A DNA stretch of 64,000 bases from Escherichia coli (GCF_046105845.1 NZ_CP151004.1); one strand, 5' to 3'. Positions 31,139 through 42,185 are shown, counted from the stretch's first letter. Notes: generated by a model not told the origin, from the sequence alone. Program-made: numbers and translations.

Positions 31139-32527
31139 ATGGCACTGCAAAATGAGAAAACTAGTCGTTATCTTTTGCGCGACTGGAAACCAGAAAATCC
31201 GGCCTTCTGGGAAAATAAAGGAAAACACATTGCACGAAGAAACCTCTGGATATCAGTCAGTTGTCTACTTCTTGCCTTCTGTGTCTGGATGCTATTTAGC
31301 GCAGTTACTGTTAATCTCAATAAAATCGGTTTTAATTTCACTACCGATCAACTCTTTTTATTAACCGCATTACCCTCCGTTTCTGGCGCATTATTGCGTG
31401 TCCCCTACTCCTTTATGGTGCCTATATTTGGTGGACGCCGATGGACGGTTTTTAGTACTGCAATCCTGATTATTCCTTGCGTCTGGCTCGGAATTGCCGT
31501 GCAGAATCCGAATACTCCTTTTGGGATATTTATCGTTATCGCTTTGCTATGCGGTTTTGCAGGTGCGAACTTTGCTTCGAGCATGGGCAATATCAGTTTC
31601 TTCTTCCCAAAAGCCAAACAAGGGAGCGCACTTGGGATTAATGGCGGATTAGGAAACTTAGGTGTAAGTGTGATGCAGCTGGTTGCACCGCTGGTCATTT
31701 TTGTACCCGTATTTGCCTTTCTCGGCGTCAATGGCGTACCGCAGGCCGACGGTTCGGTGATGTCGCTGGCGAATGCCGCATGGATTTGGGTGCCATTACT
31801 GGCGATTGCCACGATCGCCGCCTGGTCAGGGATGAATGATATCGCCAGTTCACGCGCGTCAATTGCCGACCAGCTGCCAGTGTTACAACGCCTGCATCTC
31901 TGGCTGCTGAGCCTGCTTTACCTTGCCACCTTCGGTTCGTTTATCGGTTTTTCTGCGGGTTTTGCCATGCTGGCGAAAACTCAGTTCCCTGATGTGAATA
32001 TTCTGCGCCTGGCGTTCTTTGGCCCATTTATTGGTGCCATCGCGCGGTCGGTTGGTGGTGCTATTTCCGATAAATTCGGCGGAGTGCGGGTGACGTTGAT
32101 CAACTTCATTTTTATGGCGATTTTCAGCGCCCTGCTGTTCCTTACCTTACCGGGCACAGGCTCCGGTAATTTCATCGCATTTTACGCCGTATTTATGGGG
32201 TTGTTTCTGACCGCAGGTCTGGGAAGTGGTTCTACTTTCCAGATGATCGCCGTCATCTTTCGCCAGATAACCATTTATCGGGTGAAGATGAAAGGCGGTA
32301 GTGATGAGCAAGCTCAGAGAGAAGCCGTCACCGAAACGGCGGCGGCTCTGGGCTTTATCTCAGCCATTGGCGCAGTGGGCGGCTTTTTCATTCCGCAGGC
32401 GTTTGGCATGTCGCTCAATATGACCGGCTCTCCGGTAGGCGCGATGAAAGTGTTTTTAATCTTCTACATCGTTTGTGTGCTGCTGACCTGGCTGGTTTAT
32501 GGTCGGCGGAAGTTCAGCCAAAAATAA
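31139..32527 (+). CDS. narU: Nitrate/nitrite transporter NarU (MFS), 462 aa
   Basis: Track ORF 31097..32527; start at Met MALQNEKTSRYLLRDW... Confidence 0.94.
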   Translation: MALQNEKTSRYLLRDWKPENPAFWENKGKHIARRNLWISVSCLLLAFCVWMLFSAVTVNLNKIGFNFTTDQLFLLTALPSVSGALLRVPYSFMVPIFGGRRWTVFSTAILIIPCVWLGIAVQNPNTPFGIFIVIALLCGFAGANFASSMGNISFFFPKAKQGSALGINGGLGNLGVSVMQLVAPLVIFVPVFAFLGVNGVPQADGSVMSLANAAWIWVPLLAIATIAAWSGMNDIASSRASIADQLPVLQRLHLWLLSLLYLATFGSFIGFSAGFAMLAKTQFPDVNILRLAFFGPFIGAIARSVGGAISDKFGGVRVTLINFIFMAIFSALLFLTLPGTGSGNFIAFYAVFMGLFLTAGLGSGSTFQMIAVIFRQITIYRVKMKGGSDEQAQREAVTETAAALGFISAIGAVGGFFIPQAFGMSLNMTGSPVGAMKVFLIFYIVCVLLTWLVYGRRKFSQK

Positions 32528-32534
32528 GAGATCG

Positions 32535-32605
32535 ATGCCTGACACGTCTTATCAGGCTACAACCGTGTCGCACCCGACAAGGCATCAGATCCCAATTCAT
32601 TCCTG
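32535..32605. repeat. REP-like nested palindromes in narU-narZ intergenic region
   Basis: GCCTGACACGTCTTATCAGGC and flanking GATGCCT...AGGCATC inverted repeats. Confidence 0.35.
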
Positions 32606-32621
32606 GAGCAGGAGTTATGTC

Positions 32622-35600
32622 ATGAGTAAACTTTTGGATCGCTTTCGCTATTTCAAACAAAAGGGCGAAACCTTTGCCGATGGTCACGGACAGGTGATGC
32701 ATAGCAACCGCGACTGGGAGGACAGCTATCGCCAGCGTTGGCAATTCGACAAAATCGTGCGTTCCACCCACGGTGTTAACTGTACAGGCTCCTGTAGCTG
32801 GAAAATCTACGTTAAAAATGGTCTGGTGACCTGGGAAATCCAACAGACCGACTACCCGCGCACTCGCCCTGACCTGCCCAATCATGAACCTCGCGGCTGC
32901 CCGCGTGGCGCAAGTTACTCCTGGTATCTTTACAGCGCTAACCGCCTGAAATACCCGCTCATTCGCAAACGACTGATTGAACTGTGGCGCGAAGCCCTCA
33001 AACAACACAGCGATCCGGTACTGGCGTGGGCATCGATTATGAACGATCCGCAAAAGTGCCTGAGCTACAAACAAGTGCGTGGGCGCGGCGGGTTTATCCG
33101 CTCCAACTGGCAGGAACTAAACCAGCTGATTGCCGCCGCTAACGTCTGGACCATCAAAACCTACGGCCCGGATCGCGTTGCCGGTTTCTCGCCGATCCCG
33201 GCGATGTCGATGGTTTCTTACGCCGCCGGAACACGTTATCTTTCACTATTAGGTGGCACCTGTTTAAGCTTCTACGACTGGTATTGCGACCTGCCGCCCG
33301 CCTCGCCGATGACCTGGGGCGAGCAAACCGACGTGCCAGAATCTGCCGACTGGTATAACTCCAGCTACATCATCGCCTGGGGGTCTAACGTACCGCAGAC
33401 ACGTACGCCGGACGCCCACTTCTTTACCGAAGTACGCTACAAAGGCACTAAAACCATCGCCATTACCCCTGACTACTCTGAAGTGGCCAAATTGTGCGAC
33501 CAGTGGCTGGCACCAAAACAAGGCACTGATAGCGCCTTGGCGATGGCAATGGGCCATGTGATTTTAAAAGAGTTTCATCTCGATAATCCCAGCGACTACT
33601 TTATCAACTACTGCCGCCGCTACAGCGACATGCCGATGCTGGTAATGCTGGAACCTCGCGACGATGGCAGCTACGTACCCGGGCGCATGATCCGCGCGTC
33701 TGACCTGGTAGATGGACTGGGCGAAAGCAACAATCCGCAGTGGAAAACCGTGGCGGTTAATACCGCAGGTGAACTGGTGGTGCCGAACGGTTCGATTGGT
33801 TTTCGCTGGGGAGAAAAAGGCAAATGGAATCTGGAATCTATTGCCGCCGGTACGGAAACCGAATTGTCATTAACCCTGCTTGGTCAACATGACGCCGTTG
33901 CAGGCGTGGCCTTCCCCTACTTTGGCGGCATTGAAAATCCGCATTTTCGTAGCGTAAAACATGATCCTGTCCTGGTGCGTCAATTACCCGTTAAAAACCT
34001 GACATTAGCCGATGGCAGCACCTGTCCGGTGGTTAGCGTTTATGATTTGGTACTGGCGAATTATGGCCTCGATCGCGGGCTGGAAGATGAAAACAGCGCG
34101 AAAGATTACGCTGAAATCAAACCGTACACCCCAGCCTGGGGTGAGCAAATTACCGGCGTGCCGCGCCAGTATATTGAAACCATCGCCCGTGAATTTGCCG
34201 ATACCGCCCATAAAACGCATGGGCGCTCGATGATTATCCTCGGTGCTGGCGTCAACCATTGGTATCACATGGACATGAACTACCGTGGGATGATCAACAT
34301 GCTGATCTTCTGCGGTTGTGTCGGGCAAAGCGGTGGCGGCTGGGCACACTATGTCGGTCAGGAAAAACTGCGCCCGCAAACCGGCTGGTTGCCACTGGCC
34401 TTTGCGCTCGACTGGAACCGACCACCGCGCCAGATGAACAGCACCTCGTTTTTCTACAATCATTCCAGCCAATGGCGCTATGAAAAAGTCTCTGCTCAGG
34501 AGTTACTTTCACCGATCGCCGATGCCAGTAAGTACAGCGGTCATCTGATTGATTTCAACGTTCGCGCCGAACGTATGGGCTGGCTACCTTCTGCGCCGCA
34601 GCTGGGGCGTAACCCGCTCGGGATTAAAGCTGAAGCCGACAAGGCCGGATTATCCCCCACAGAATTTACCGCCCAGGCGCTGAAATCGGGCGATTTACGC
34701 ATGGCCTGCGAACAACCAGATAGCGGCAGCAATCATCCGCGTAATTTGTTTGTCTGGCGTTCTAACCTGCTTGGCTCCTCCGGCAAAGGCCACGAGTATA
34801 TGCAGAAGTATCTGCTGGGGACCGAAAGCGGGATTCAGGGCGAGGAACTCGGTGCCAGCGACGGGATCAAACCGGAAGAAGTCGAGTGGCAAACTGCGGC
34901 GATTGAAGGCAAGCTCGACCTGCTGGTGACGCTCGACTTCCGTATGTCCAGTACCTGCCTGTTCTCCGATATCGTTCTGCCCACCGCCACCTGGTACGAA
35001 AAAGACGATATGAACACCTCGGATATGCATCCGTTTATTCATCCGCTTTCTGCGGCGGTCGATCCGGCGTGGGAATCACGCAGCGACTGGGAAATCTACA
35101 AAGGTATCGCCAAAGCCTTTTCGCAAGTGTGCGTGGGCCATCTTGGCAAAGAAACCGACGTGGTATTACAACCACTGCTGCATGACTCTCCGGCAGAACT
35201 CTCACAGCCGTGTGAAGTGCTCGACTGGCGCAAAGGCGAATGCGATCTGATTCCAGGTAAAACTGCGCCCAATATTGTGGCGGTGGAACGCGACTACCCT
35301 GCTACCTATGAACGCTTTACCTCGCTCGGGCCATTGATGGACAAACTTGGCAACGGCGGTAAAGGGATTTCGTGGAATACCCAGGATGAAATCGATTTCC
35401 TCGGCAAACTCAACTACACCAAGCGTGAAGGCCCGGCACAGGGGCGTCCGCTGATTGACACCGCCATTGACGCATCAGAAGTGATTCTGGCGCTGGCACC
35501 GGAAACCAACGGTCATGTTGCAGTCAAAGCGTGGCAGGCGCTGGGCGAGATAACCGGACGCGAACATACCCATCTGGCGCTGCACAAAGAGGACGAGAAG

Positions 35601-36362
35601 ATTCGCTTTCGCGATATTCAGGCGCAGCCACGTAAAATCATCTCCAGCCCCACATGGTCTGGTCTGGAAAGCGATCACGTCTCCTACAACGCCGGATATA
35701 CCAACGTTCATGAGTTAATTCCGTGGCGCACGCTGTCGGGACGCCAGCAGCTCTATCAGGATCATCCGTGGATGCGTGCTTTTGGTGAAAGCCTGGTGGC
35801 TTATCGCCCGCCTATCGACACCCGTAGCGTCAGTGAAATGCGCCAGATACCGCCAAACGGCTTCCCGGAAAAAGCACTTAACTTCCTGACGCCGCATCAG
35901 AAATGGGGCATTCACTCAACCTACAGTGAAAACCTGCTAATGCTGACCCTCTCTCGCGGTGGACCGATTGTCTGGATCAGCGAAACCGATGCCCGTGAAC
36001 TGACCATTGTCGATAACGACTGGGTGGAAGTGTTTAACGCCAACGGCGCGCTGACTGCCCGCGCGGTGGTCAGCCAACGTGTACCGCCGGGTATGACCAT
36101 GATGTATCACGCTCAGGAACGCATTATGAATATTCCTGGTTCGGAAGTAACTGGCATGCGCGGCGGCATTCATAACTCGGTCACCCGCGTTTGTCCGAAA
36201 CCAACGCATATGATTGGCGGTTACGCGCAGCTGGCCTGGGGCTTTAATTACTACGGCACCGTCGGCTCGAACCGTGACGAATTCATCATGATCCGCAAGA
36301 TGAAGAACGTTAACTGGCTGGATGATGAAGGTCGCGATCAGGTACAGGAGGCGAAAAAATGA
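32622..36362 (+). CDS. narZ: Respiratory nitrate reductase Z alpha subunit (Mo-bisMGD), 1246 aa
   Basis: Track ORF 32499..36362; start at Met MSKLLDRFRYFKQKGETFADGHGQ after GGAG RBS. Confidence 0.96.
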   Translation: MSKLLDRFRYFKQKGETFADGHGQVMHSNRDWEDSYRQRWQFDKIVRSTHGVNCTGSCSWKIYVKNGLVTWEIQQTDYPRTRPDLPNHEPRGCPRGASYSWYLYSANRLKYPLIRKRLIELWREALKQHSDPVLAWASIMNDPQKCLSYKQVRGRGGFIRSNWQELNQLIAAANVWTIKTYGPDRVAGFSPIPAMSMVSYAAGTRYLSLLGGTCLSFYDWYCDLPPASPMTWGEQTDVPESADWYNSSYIIAWGSNVPQTRTPDAHFFTEVRYKGTKTIAITPDYSEVAKLCDQWLAPKQGTDSALAMAMGHVILKEFHLDNPSDYFINYCRRYSDMPMLVMLEPRDDGSYVPGRMIRASDLVDGLGESNNPQWKTVAVNTAGELVVPNGSIGFRWGEKGKWNLESIAAGTETELSLTLLGQHDAVAGVAFPYFGGIENPHFRSVKHDPVLVRQLPVKNLTLADGSTCPVVSVYDLVLANYGLDRGLEDENSAKDYAEIKPYTPAWGEQITGVPRQYIETIAREFADTAHKTHGRSMIILGAGVNHWYHMDMNYRGMINMLIFCGCVGQSGGGWAHYVGQEKLRPQTGWLPLAFALDWNRPPRQMNSTSFFYNHSSQWRYEKVSAQELLSPIADASKYSGHLIDFNVRAERMGWLPSAPQLGRNPLGIKAEADKAGLSPTEFTAQALKSGDLRMACEQPDSGSNHPRNLFVWRSNLLGSSGKGHEYMQKYLLGTESGIQGEELGASDGIKPEEVEWQTAAIEGKLDLLVTLDFRMSSTCLFSDIVLPTATWYEKDDMNTSDMHPFIHPLSAAVDPAWESRSDWEIYKGIAKAFSQVCVGHLGKETDVVLQPLLHDSPAELSQPCEVLDWRKGECDLIPGKTAPNIVAVERDYPATYERFTSLGPLMDKLGNGGKGISWNTQDEIDFLGKLNYTKREGPAQGRPLIDTAIDASEVILALAPETNGHVAVKAWQALGEITGREHTHLALHKEDEKIRFRDIQAQPRKIISSPTWSGLESDHVSYNAGYTNVHELIPWRTLSGRQQLYQDHPWMRAFGESLVAYRPPIDTRSVSEMRQIPPNGFPEKALNFLTPHQKWGIHSTYSENLLMLTLSRGGPIVWISETDARELTIVDNDWVEVFNANGALTARAVVSQRVPPGMTMMYHAQERIMNIPGSEVTGMRGGIHNSVTRVCPKPTHMIGGYAQLAWGFNYYGTVGSNRDEFIMIRKMKNVNWLDDEGRDQVQEAKK

Positions 36363-37903
36363 AAATACGTTCGCAAGTCGGCATGGTGCTTAACCTCGAT
36401 AAATGTATCGGCTGCCATACCTGTTCGGTGACCTGTAAAAACGTCTGGACCGGACGCGAAGGCATGGAGTACGCATGGTTTAACAACGTCGAAACCAAAC
36501 CGGGCATTGGTTATCCGAAAAACTGGGAAGATCAGGAAGAGTGGCAAGGCGGCTGGGTGCGTGATGTGAATGGCAAGATCCGCCCGCGTCTGGGCAGCAA
36601 GATGGGCGTAATAACCAAAATCTTCGCCAACCCGGTGGTGCCGCAGATTGATGATTACTACGAACCTTTCACCTTCGACTACGAACATTTGCATAGCGCA
36701 CCGGAAGGCAAACATATCCCTACTGCTCGCCCGCGTTCACTGATTGACGGCAAACGGATGGACAAAGTGATCTGGGGGCCAAACTGGGAAGAACTGCTGG
36801 GCGGCGAATTTGAAAAACGCGCCCGCGACCGCAACTTCGAGGCCATGCAAAAGGAGATGTACGGGCAGTTTGAAAACACCTTCATGATGTACCTGCCGCG
36901 CTTGTGCGAACACTGCCTCAATCCCAGTTGCGTGGCGACCTGCCCAAGCGGCGCTATCTACAAACGCGAAGAAGACGGCATTGTGCTGATCGATCAGGAT
37001 AAATGCCGTGGCTGGCGTTTGTGCATTAGCGGTTGTCCGTACAAAAAAATCTACTTCAACTGGAAAAGCGGCAAGTCAGAAAAATGTATCTTCTGTTACC
37101 CACGAATTGAGTCAGGCCAACCCACCGTGTGCTCAGAAACCTGCGTGGGTCGCATCCGGTATCTGGGCGTGCTGCTTTACGACGCCGACCGCATCGAGGA
37201 AGCGGCGAGCACCGAGCGCGAAGTTGACCTCTATGAACGCCAGTGCGAAGTGTTCCTCGATCCGCACGATCCCTCAGTGATCGAAGAAGCCCTGAAACAA
37301 GGTATTCCACAAAACGTGATTGAAGCTGCCCAGCGTTCGCCAGTCTACAAAATGGCGATGGACTGGAAACTGGCGTTACCGCTGCACCCTGAATACCGCA
37401 CCCTGCCGATGGTCTGGTACGTTCCTCCGCTGTCACCGATTCAGTCTTACGCTGATGCGGGCGGTTTGCCGAAAAGCGAAGGCGTGCTCCCAGCCATCGA
37501 GAGCCTGCGTATTCCTGTGCAATATCTCGCCAATATGTTAAGTGCTGGCGATACCGGTCCGGTACTGCGGGCGCTAAAACGGATGATGGCGATGCGCCAC
37601 TATATGCGTTCACAAACCGTGGAAGGCGTTACCGATACCCGCGCCATTGACGAAGTAGGCCTGAGCGTCGCCCAGGTCGAAGAGATGTATCGCTACCTCG
37701 CCATTGCCAACTATGAAGACCGTTTTGTCATTCCAACCAGTCATCGGGAAATGGCGGGCGATGCCTTCGCAGAACGCAATGGCTGCGGTTTTACCTTTGG
37801 CGACGGTTGCCACGGCTCGGACAGCAAATTCAACCTGTTCAACAGTAGCCGTATCGATGCCATCAACATCACCGAAGTGCGCGACAAAGCGGAGGGCGAA
37901 TAA
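36359..37903 (+). CDS. narY: Respiratory nitrate reductase Z beta subunit (Fe-S), 514 aa
   Basis: Track ORF; Cys-cluster motifs; overlaps narZ stop. Confidence 0.96.
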   Translation: MKIRSQVGMVLNLDKCIGCHTCSVTCKNVWTGREGMEYAWFNNVETKPGIGYPKNWEDQEEWQGGWVRDVNGKIRPRLGSKMGVITKIFANPVVPQIDDYYEPFTFDYEHLHSAPEGKHIPTARPRSLIDGKRMDKVIWGPNWEELLGGEFEKRARDRNFEAMQKEMYGQFENTFMMYLPRLCEHCLNPSCVATCPSGAIYKREEDGIVLIDQDKCRGWRLCISGCPYKKIYFNWKSGKSEKCIFCYPRIESGQPTVCSETCVGRIRYLGVLLYDADRIEEAASTEREVDLYERQCEVFLDPHDPSVIEEALKQGIPQNVIEAAQRSPVYKMAMDWKLALPLHPEYRTLPMVWYVPPLSPIQSYADAGGLPKSEGVLPAIESLRIPVQYLANMLSAGDTGPVLRALKRMMAMRHYMRSQTVEGVTDTRAIDEVGLSVAQVEEMYRYLAIANYEDRFVIPTSHREMAGDAFAERNGCGFTFGDGCHGSDSKFNLFNSSRIDAINITEVRDKAEGE

Positions 37904-38598
37904 TGCAGATCCTCAAAGTGATCGGCCTGTTGATGGAGTATCCGGACGAGCTGTTGTGGGAATGTAAGGAGGACGCGCTGGCGTTGATCCGCCGCGACGC
38001 ACCGATGCTTACGGATTTTACCCGCAACCTGCTTAACGCGCCGCTGCTGGATAAACAGGCCGAATGGTGCGAAGTGTTTGACCGTGGACGTACCACATCG
38101 CTGCTGCTGTTCGAACATGTTCATGCCGAGTCCCGCGATCGCGGCCAGGCAATGGTGGACCTGCTGGCGGAGTATGAAAAGGTCGGCCTGCAGTTGGATT
38201 GTCGAGAACTGCCCGATTATCTGCCGCTGTATCTGGAGTACTTAAGCGTACTGCCGGACGATCAGGCGAAAGAAGGCTTGCTCAACGTTGCGCCGATCCT
38301 CGCCCTGCTTGGCGGACGCTTAAAACAACGCGAGGCTCCGTGGTATTCGTTGTTTGACGCCCTGCTGCATCTGGCGGGAAGTACACTTTCAAGTGACAGT
38401 GTCACAAAACAAGTAAACAACGAGGAGCGCGATGACACCCGCCAGGCGCTTGATGCAGTGTGGGAAGAGGAGCAGGTGAAGTTTATTGAAGATAACGCCA
38501 CGGCGTGTGACAGCTCGCCGCTTAATCAATATCAGCGACGCTTTAGCCAGGATGTCGCGCCGCAATATGTCGACATCAGTGCGGGAGGTGGGAAATGA
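37903..38598 (+). CDS. narW: Nitrate reductase Z assembly chaperone (delta), 231 aa
   Basis: Track ORF; start overlaps narY stop by 1 nt (TAATG). Confidence 0.94.
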   Translation: MQILKVIGLLMEYPDELLWECKEDALALIRRDAPMLTDFTRNLLNAPLLDKQAEWCEVFDRGRTTSLLLFEHVHAESRDRGQAMVDLLAEYEKVGLQLDCRELPDYLPLYLEYLSVLPDDQAKEGLLNVAPILALLGGRLKQREAPWYSLFDALLHLAGSTLSSDSVTKQVNNEERDDTRQALDAVWEEEQVKFIEDNATACDSSPLNQYQRRFSQDVAPQYVDISAGGGK

Positions 38599-39275
38599 TT
38601 CAGTATCTGAACGTCTTTTTTTATGATATCTACCCGTACATTTGTGCGACAGTGTTTTTCCTCGGCAGCTGGCTGCGCTACGACTACGGGCAGTATACCT
38701 GGCGCGCCTCCTCGAGTCAGATGCTCGATAAACGCGGGATGGTGATATGGTCGAATCTGTTCCATATCGGCATTTTGGGGATTTTCTTCGGGCACCTGTT
38801 CGGCATGTTAACGCCGCACTGGATGTACGCGTGGTTTTTGCCAGTGGCAGCGAAACAACTAATGGCGATGGTGCTCGGCGGTATTTGCGGTGTGTTGACG
38901 TTGATTGGCAGCGCAGGACTGCTGTGGCGCAGGCTGACTAATCAGCGTGTGCGTGCCACTTCCACTACGCCGGATATTATCATCATGAGCATTTTGCTGA
39001 TCCAGTGTCTGCTGGGGCTAAGTACCATACCGTTTTCAGCACAGTATCCTGATGGTAGCGAAATGATGAAGCTGGTGGGTTGGGCGCAAAGCATTGTCAC
39101 TTTCCGTGGTGGATCGTCAGAGATGCTCAACGGCGTAGCGTTCGTCTTCCGCTTGCATCTGGTGTTGGGAATGACCATCTTCCTGCTCTTCCCGTTCACC
39201 AGACTGGTGCATGTGTGGAGCGCGCCGTTTGAGTACTTTACTCGTCGGTATCAGATTGTGCGTTCGCGGCGATAA
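38595..39275 (+). CDS. narV: Respiratory nitrate reductase Z gamma subunit (cytochrome b), 226 aa
   Basis: Track ORF; overlaps narW stop by 4 nt. Confidence 0.95.
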   Translation: MIQYLNVFFYDIYPYICATVFFLGSWLRYDYGQYTWRASSSQMLDKRGMVIWSNLFHIGILGIFFGHLFGMLTPHWMYAWFLPVAAKQLMAMVLGGICGVLTLIGSAGLLWRRLTNQRVRATSTTPDIIIMSILLIQCLLGLSTIPFSAQYPDGSEMMKLVGWAQSIVTFRGGSSEMLNGVAFVFRLHLVLGMTIFLLFPFTRLVHVWSAPFEYFTRRYQIVRSRR

Positions 39276-39354
39276 TTTTCACCCTGGCCGGATAGCCCTT
39301 CGCTCTCCGGCCACTTGCAGGCTATGATAGTTCTCCAGCCACAGGAGAACGTTA

Positions 39355-40248
39355 ATGAAACCGCAGGTTTACCACGTCGATGCTTTTACCTCACAACCGT
39401 TTCGCGGCAATTCTGCCGGTGTTGTTTTCCCCGCCGATAATCTCAGTGAAGCGCAAATGCAGCTTATCGCCCGCGAATTAGGTCATTCCGAAACTGCTTT
39501 TCTGCTGCACAGCGACGACAGCGATGTGCGCATCCGCTACTTTACGCCAACAGTTGAAGTGCCGATTTGTGGTCACGCGACAGTAGCTGCGCACTATGTA
39601 CGTGCGAAGGTGTTAGGTTTAGGAAATTGCACGGTCTGGCAAACGTCACTGGCAGGAAAACATCGCGTGACTATCGAAAATCACAATGATGATTATCGTA
39701 TTTCACTGGAACAAGGTCCGCCGGGCTTTGAACCGCCGCTGGAGGATGAAGTACGCGCGGCGATTATCAACGCATTGCATCTTACTGAAGACGATATTCT
39801 GCCGGGTTTGCCGATCCAGGTCGCGACGACCGGGCATTCTAAAGTGATGATCCCGTTGAAGCCGGAAGTGGATATCGACGCTCTTTCGCCTGACCTTAAT
39901 GCGCTGACCGCTATCAGTAAACAGATTGGCTGCAATGGTTTCTTCCCGTTCCAGATCCGCCCAGGCAAAAACGAAACCGACGGTCGTATGTTCTCGCCTG
40001 CGATTGGTATTGTGGAAGATCCGGTGACTGGCAATGCCAATGGCCCGATGGGTGCATGGTTGGTACATCACAACGTATTGCCCCACGATGGCAACGTGTT
40101 GTGTGTTAAAGGCCATCAGGGGCGCGCATTGGGGCGTGACGGCGTGATTGAAGTAACGGTGACAATTCGCGATAACCAACCGGAGAAAGTCACCATTTCT
40201 GGCACAGCGGTGATTTTGTTTCATGCCGAATGGGCAATTGAATTCTGA
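39355..40248 (+). CDS. yddE: PhzF-family isomerase-like protein, 297 aa
   Basis: Track ORF; ATG start. Confidence 0.92.
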   Translation: MKPQVYHVDAFTSQPFRGNSAGVVFPADNLSEAQMQLIARELGHSETAFLLHSDDSDVRIRYFTPTVEVPICGHATVAAHYVRAKVLGLGNCTVWQTSLAGKHRVTIENHNDDYRISLEQGPPGFEPPLEDEVRAAIINALHLTEDDILPGLPIQVATTGHSKVMIPLKPEVDIDALSPDLNALTAISKQIGCNGFFPFQIRPGKNETDGRMFSPAIGIVEDPVTGNANGPMGAWLVHHNVLPHDGNVLCVKGHQGRALGRDGVIEVTVTIRDNQPEKVTISGTAVILFHAEWAIEF

Positions 40249-40255
40249 AACCGTT

Positions 40256-40320
40256 GCCTGATGCGCTTCGCTTATCAGGTCTATGTATGCCGGATAAGGC
40301 GTTTACGCCGCATCCGGCAA
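40256..40320. repeat. REP/BIME element (two palindromic units) between convergent yddE and nhoA
   Basis: GCCTGATGCGCTTCGCTTATCAGG and GCCGGATAAGGCGTTTACGCCGCATCCGGC, classic REP sequences. Confidence 0.75.
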
Positions 40321-40331
40321 CCTGACATAAA

Positions 40332-41177
40332 TTATTTTCCCGCCTCCGGGTGCGTATCAAACGCCGCCATCACCAGCGCTAACTCATCCACGGTAAAGCC
40401 ATGTTTCGCATCATCCACCCCCAGACCAAACTGTTCCTGCATCACGGCATATAACGACGCCACATCTGGTAGATTTCGCTGTTCCACCGCGTGCCCATTT
40501 TCATAATGGGTAAAATGAAAATTGGTCAGTGTCAGCTTGCCGCCGTCCGGCAAATGGCGGCACATCAGCAAATGATGGCGAAAATGCGACTGCGGCCAGT
40601 GCGCAGACCAGAAATTGCCCATTACATAATCGCTTTGTTGCTGCTCGCAGAGATCAAAACGGTACATCGACTGCCAGTGCTGATGATGATTAAACTGCAA
40701 CACCCAATCATCACCCTCCTGTAACAACCGATACTCTCCGTGTGGCGTGATCTGCACGAGATCGGGAACTAAACGAATCGGCGCGGTTAGCGTCTGTCCA
40801 CCGAAACCGACATCAGCAATCCATTTTTCCCCTTCCAGTTCCACCAACAGCAAACGATGGGTGCGCGGCGGTAATGCTGGCGGATTTGATAACACTACGC
40901 GCCCTAACAAGCTGCGAACGTTAAACCCCAGCTCGCGTAACACCCGCTCAAACACGCCATTCTGCTCAAAACAGTAACCGCCACGACGGGCTATCACCAG
41001 TTTCTCTTCCAGCGATTGATCATCAAGCTGTATTTCCCTCGGCAGCAAAACGTCGAGGTTTTCAAATGGAATGGTGCAATTGTGTTTCAGGTGCAATGCA
41101 CGAAGCGTATCAATATTGACCGCAGCAGCTCCCGACCAGTTAATACGGGCAAAATAGTGATTCAGAATGGGCGTCAT
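40332..41177 (-). CDS. nhoA: Arylamine N-acetyltransferase (N-hydroxyarylamine O-acetyltransferase), 281 aa
   Basis: Track ORF; recognisable NAT family sequence with catalytic Cys (RRGGYCFEQN). Confidence 0.95.
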   Translation of the reverse strand: MTPILNHYFARINWSGAAAVNIDTLRALHLKHNCTIPFENLDVLLPREIQLDDQSLEEKLVIARRGGYCFEQNGVFERVLRELGFNVRSLLGRVVLSNPPALPPRTHRLLLVELEGEKWIADVGFGGQTLTAPIRLVPDLVQITPHGEYRLLQEGDDWVLQFNHHQHWQSMYRFDLCEQQQSDYVMGNFWSAHWPQSHFRHHLLMCRHLPDGGKLTLTNFHFTHYENGHAVEQRNLPDVASLYAVMQEQFGLGVDDAKHGFTVDELALVMAAFDTHPEAGK

Positions 41178-41349
41178 CAGGCGTTTCCCTTAGTGGTTTT
41201 CTCAACTTATAACCTGGAATAGACGCCGCACCGGCTATTTTGTGCGATCGCGGACATGCATCACGTTTGCAAATCGCCAATCCCGTTAATTTCGTTACTT
41301 ATTGCGTTACGGACTACGCTTAAAAAAACCTTCTTCGCGAGGCGATACC

Positions 41350-41919
41350 ATGAGCCGATTTATCCCCGTCGAATTACACCATGCCAGCCGTCTGTTAAAT
41401 CATGGCGCAACTGTCATGATCACCAGTTTCGATGAGCAATCCCAGCGGCGTAACATTATGGCAGCAGCCTGGTCAATGCCGGTGGAGTTTGAACCGCCAC
41501 GTGTGGCGATTGTGGTAGATAAATCGACATGGACCAGGGAGTTGATTGAACGTAATGGTAAGTTTGGCATCGTTATCCCGGGTGTTGCAGCAACTAACTG
41601 GACGTGGGCGGTGGGAAGTGTGTCGGGGCGTGATGAAGATAAGTTTAATTGCTATGGTATTCCGGTTGTGAAAGGTCCGGTGCTTGGTTTGCCGCTGGTC
41701 GAGGAAAAATGTCTGGCGTGGATGGAGTGTCGCCTGCTACCTGCGACTTCTGCGCAAGAAAAATACGACACACTGTTTGGCGAGGTAGTATCAGCAGCGG
41801 CAGACGCACGGGTATTTGTCGAAGGCCGCTGGCAGTTTGATGATGATAAACTCAATACACTACATCATTTAGGTGCTGGCACGTTTGTTACCAGCGGCAA
41901 GCGTATTACCGCTGGCTAA
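41350..41919 (+). CDS. yddH: Flavin reductase-like domain protein, ~189 aa
   Basis: Track ORF 41302..41919; start at internal Met MSRFIPVELHHASRLL... Confidence 0.88.
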   Translation: MSRFIPVELHHASRLLNHGATVMITSFDEQSQRRNIMAAAWSMPVEFEPPRVAIVVDKSTWTRELIERNGKFGIVIPGVAATNWTWAVGSVSGRDEDKFNCYGIPVVKGPVLGLPLVEEKCLAWMECRLLPATSAQEKYDTLFGEVVSAAADARVFVEGRWQFDDDKLNTLHHLGAGTFVTSGKRITAG

Positions 41920-41987
41920 AGAATCATATGCAGCGACCGGTTTTTTAAGCAATGTTTCCATATGAGTTAAAAGCACATTTTATTTCA

Positions 41988-42185
41988 CGATTGTATATTC
42001 TTAGTGAAGATTAATTTATCCTCACCAACATCATAGTAATTGCGTATTATAGCTTCATTGATAAAGCCCTGTTTTGTATAAAATGCGCGGGCGGCACTAA
42101 AATCGATATGGCTGGAGGTCTCTACTAAAAGTAGTCTTGCGTGATTGGGACAGGTCAAGAAAAAGCAGTTTTGCAGTTTTTTATT
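41988..42185 (-). pseudogene. GNAT-family acetyltransferase C-terminal fragment (no start codon, ~60 codons)
   Basis: Minus-strand stop-to-stop frame translates ...HARLLLVETSSHIDFSAARAFYTKQGFINEAIIRNYYDVGEDKLIFTKNIQS with the A..FY.K.GF GNAT motif; no Met and no upstream acetyl-CoA-binding motifs. Confidence 0.4.
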
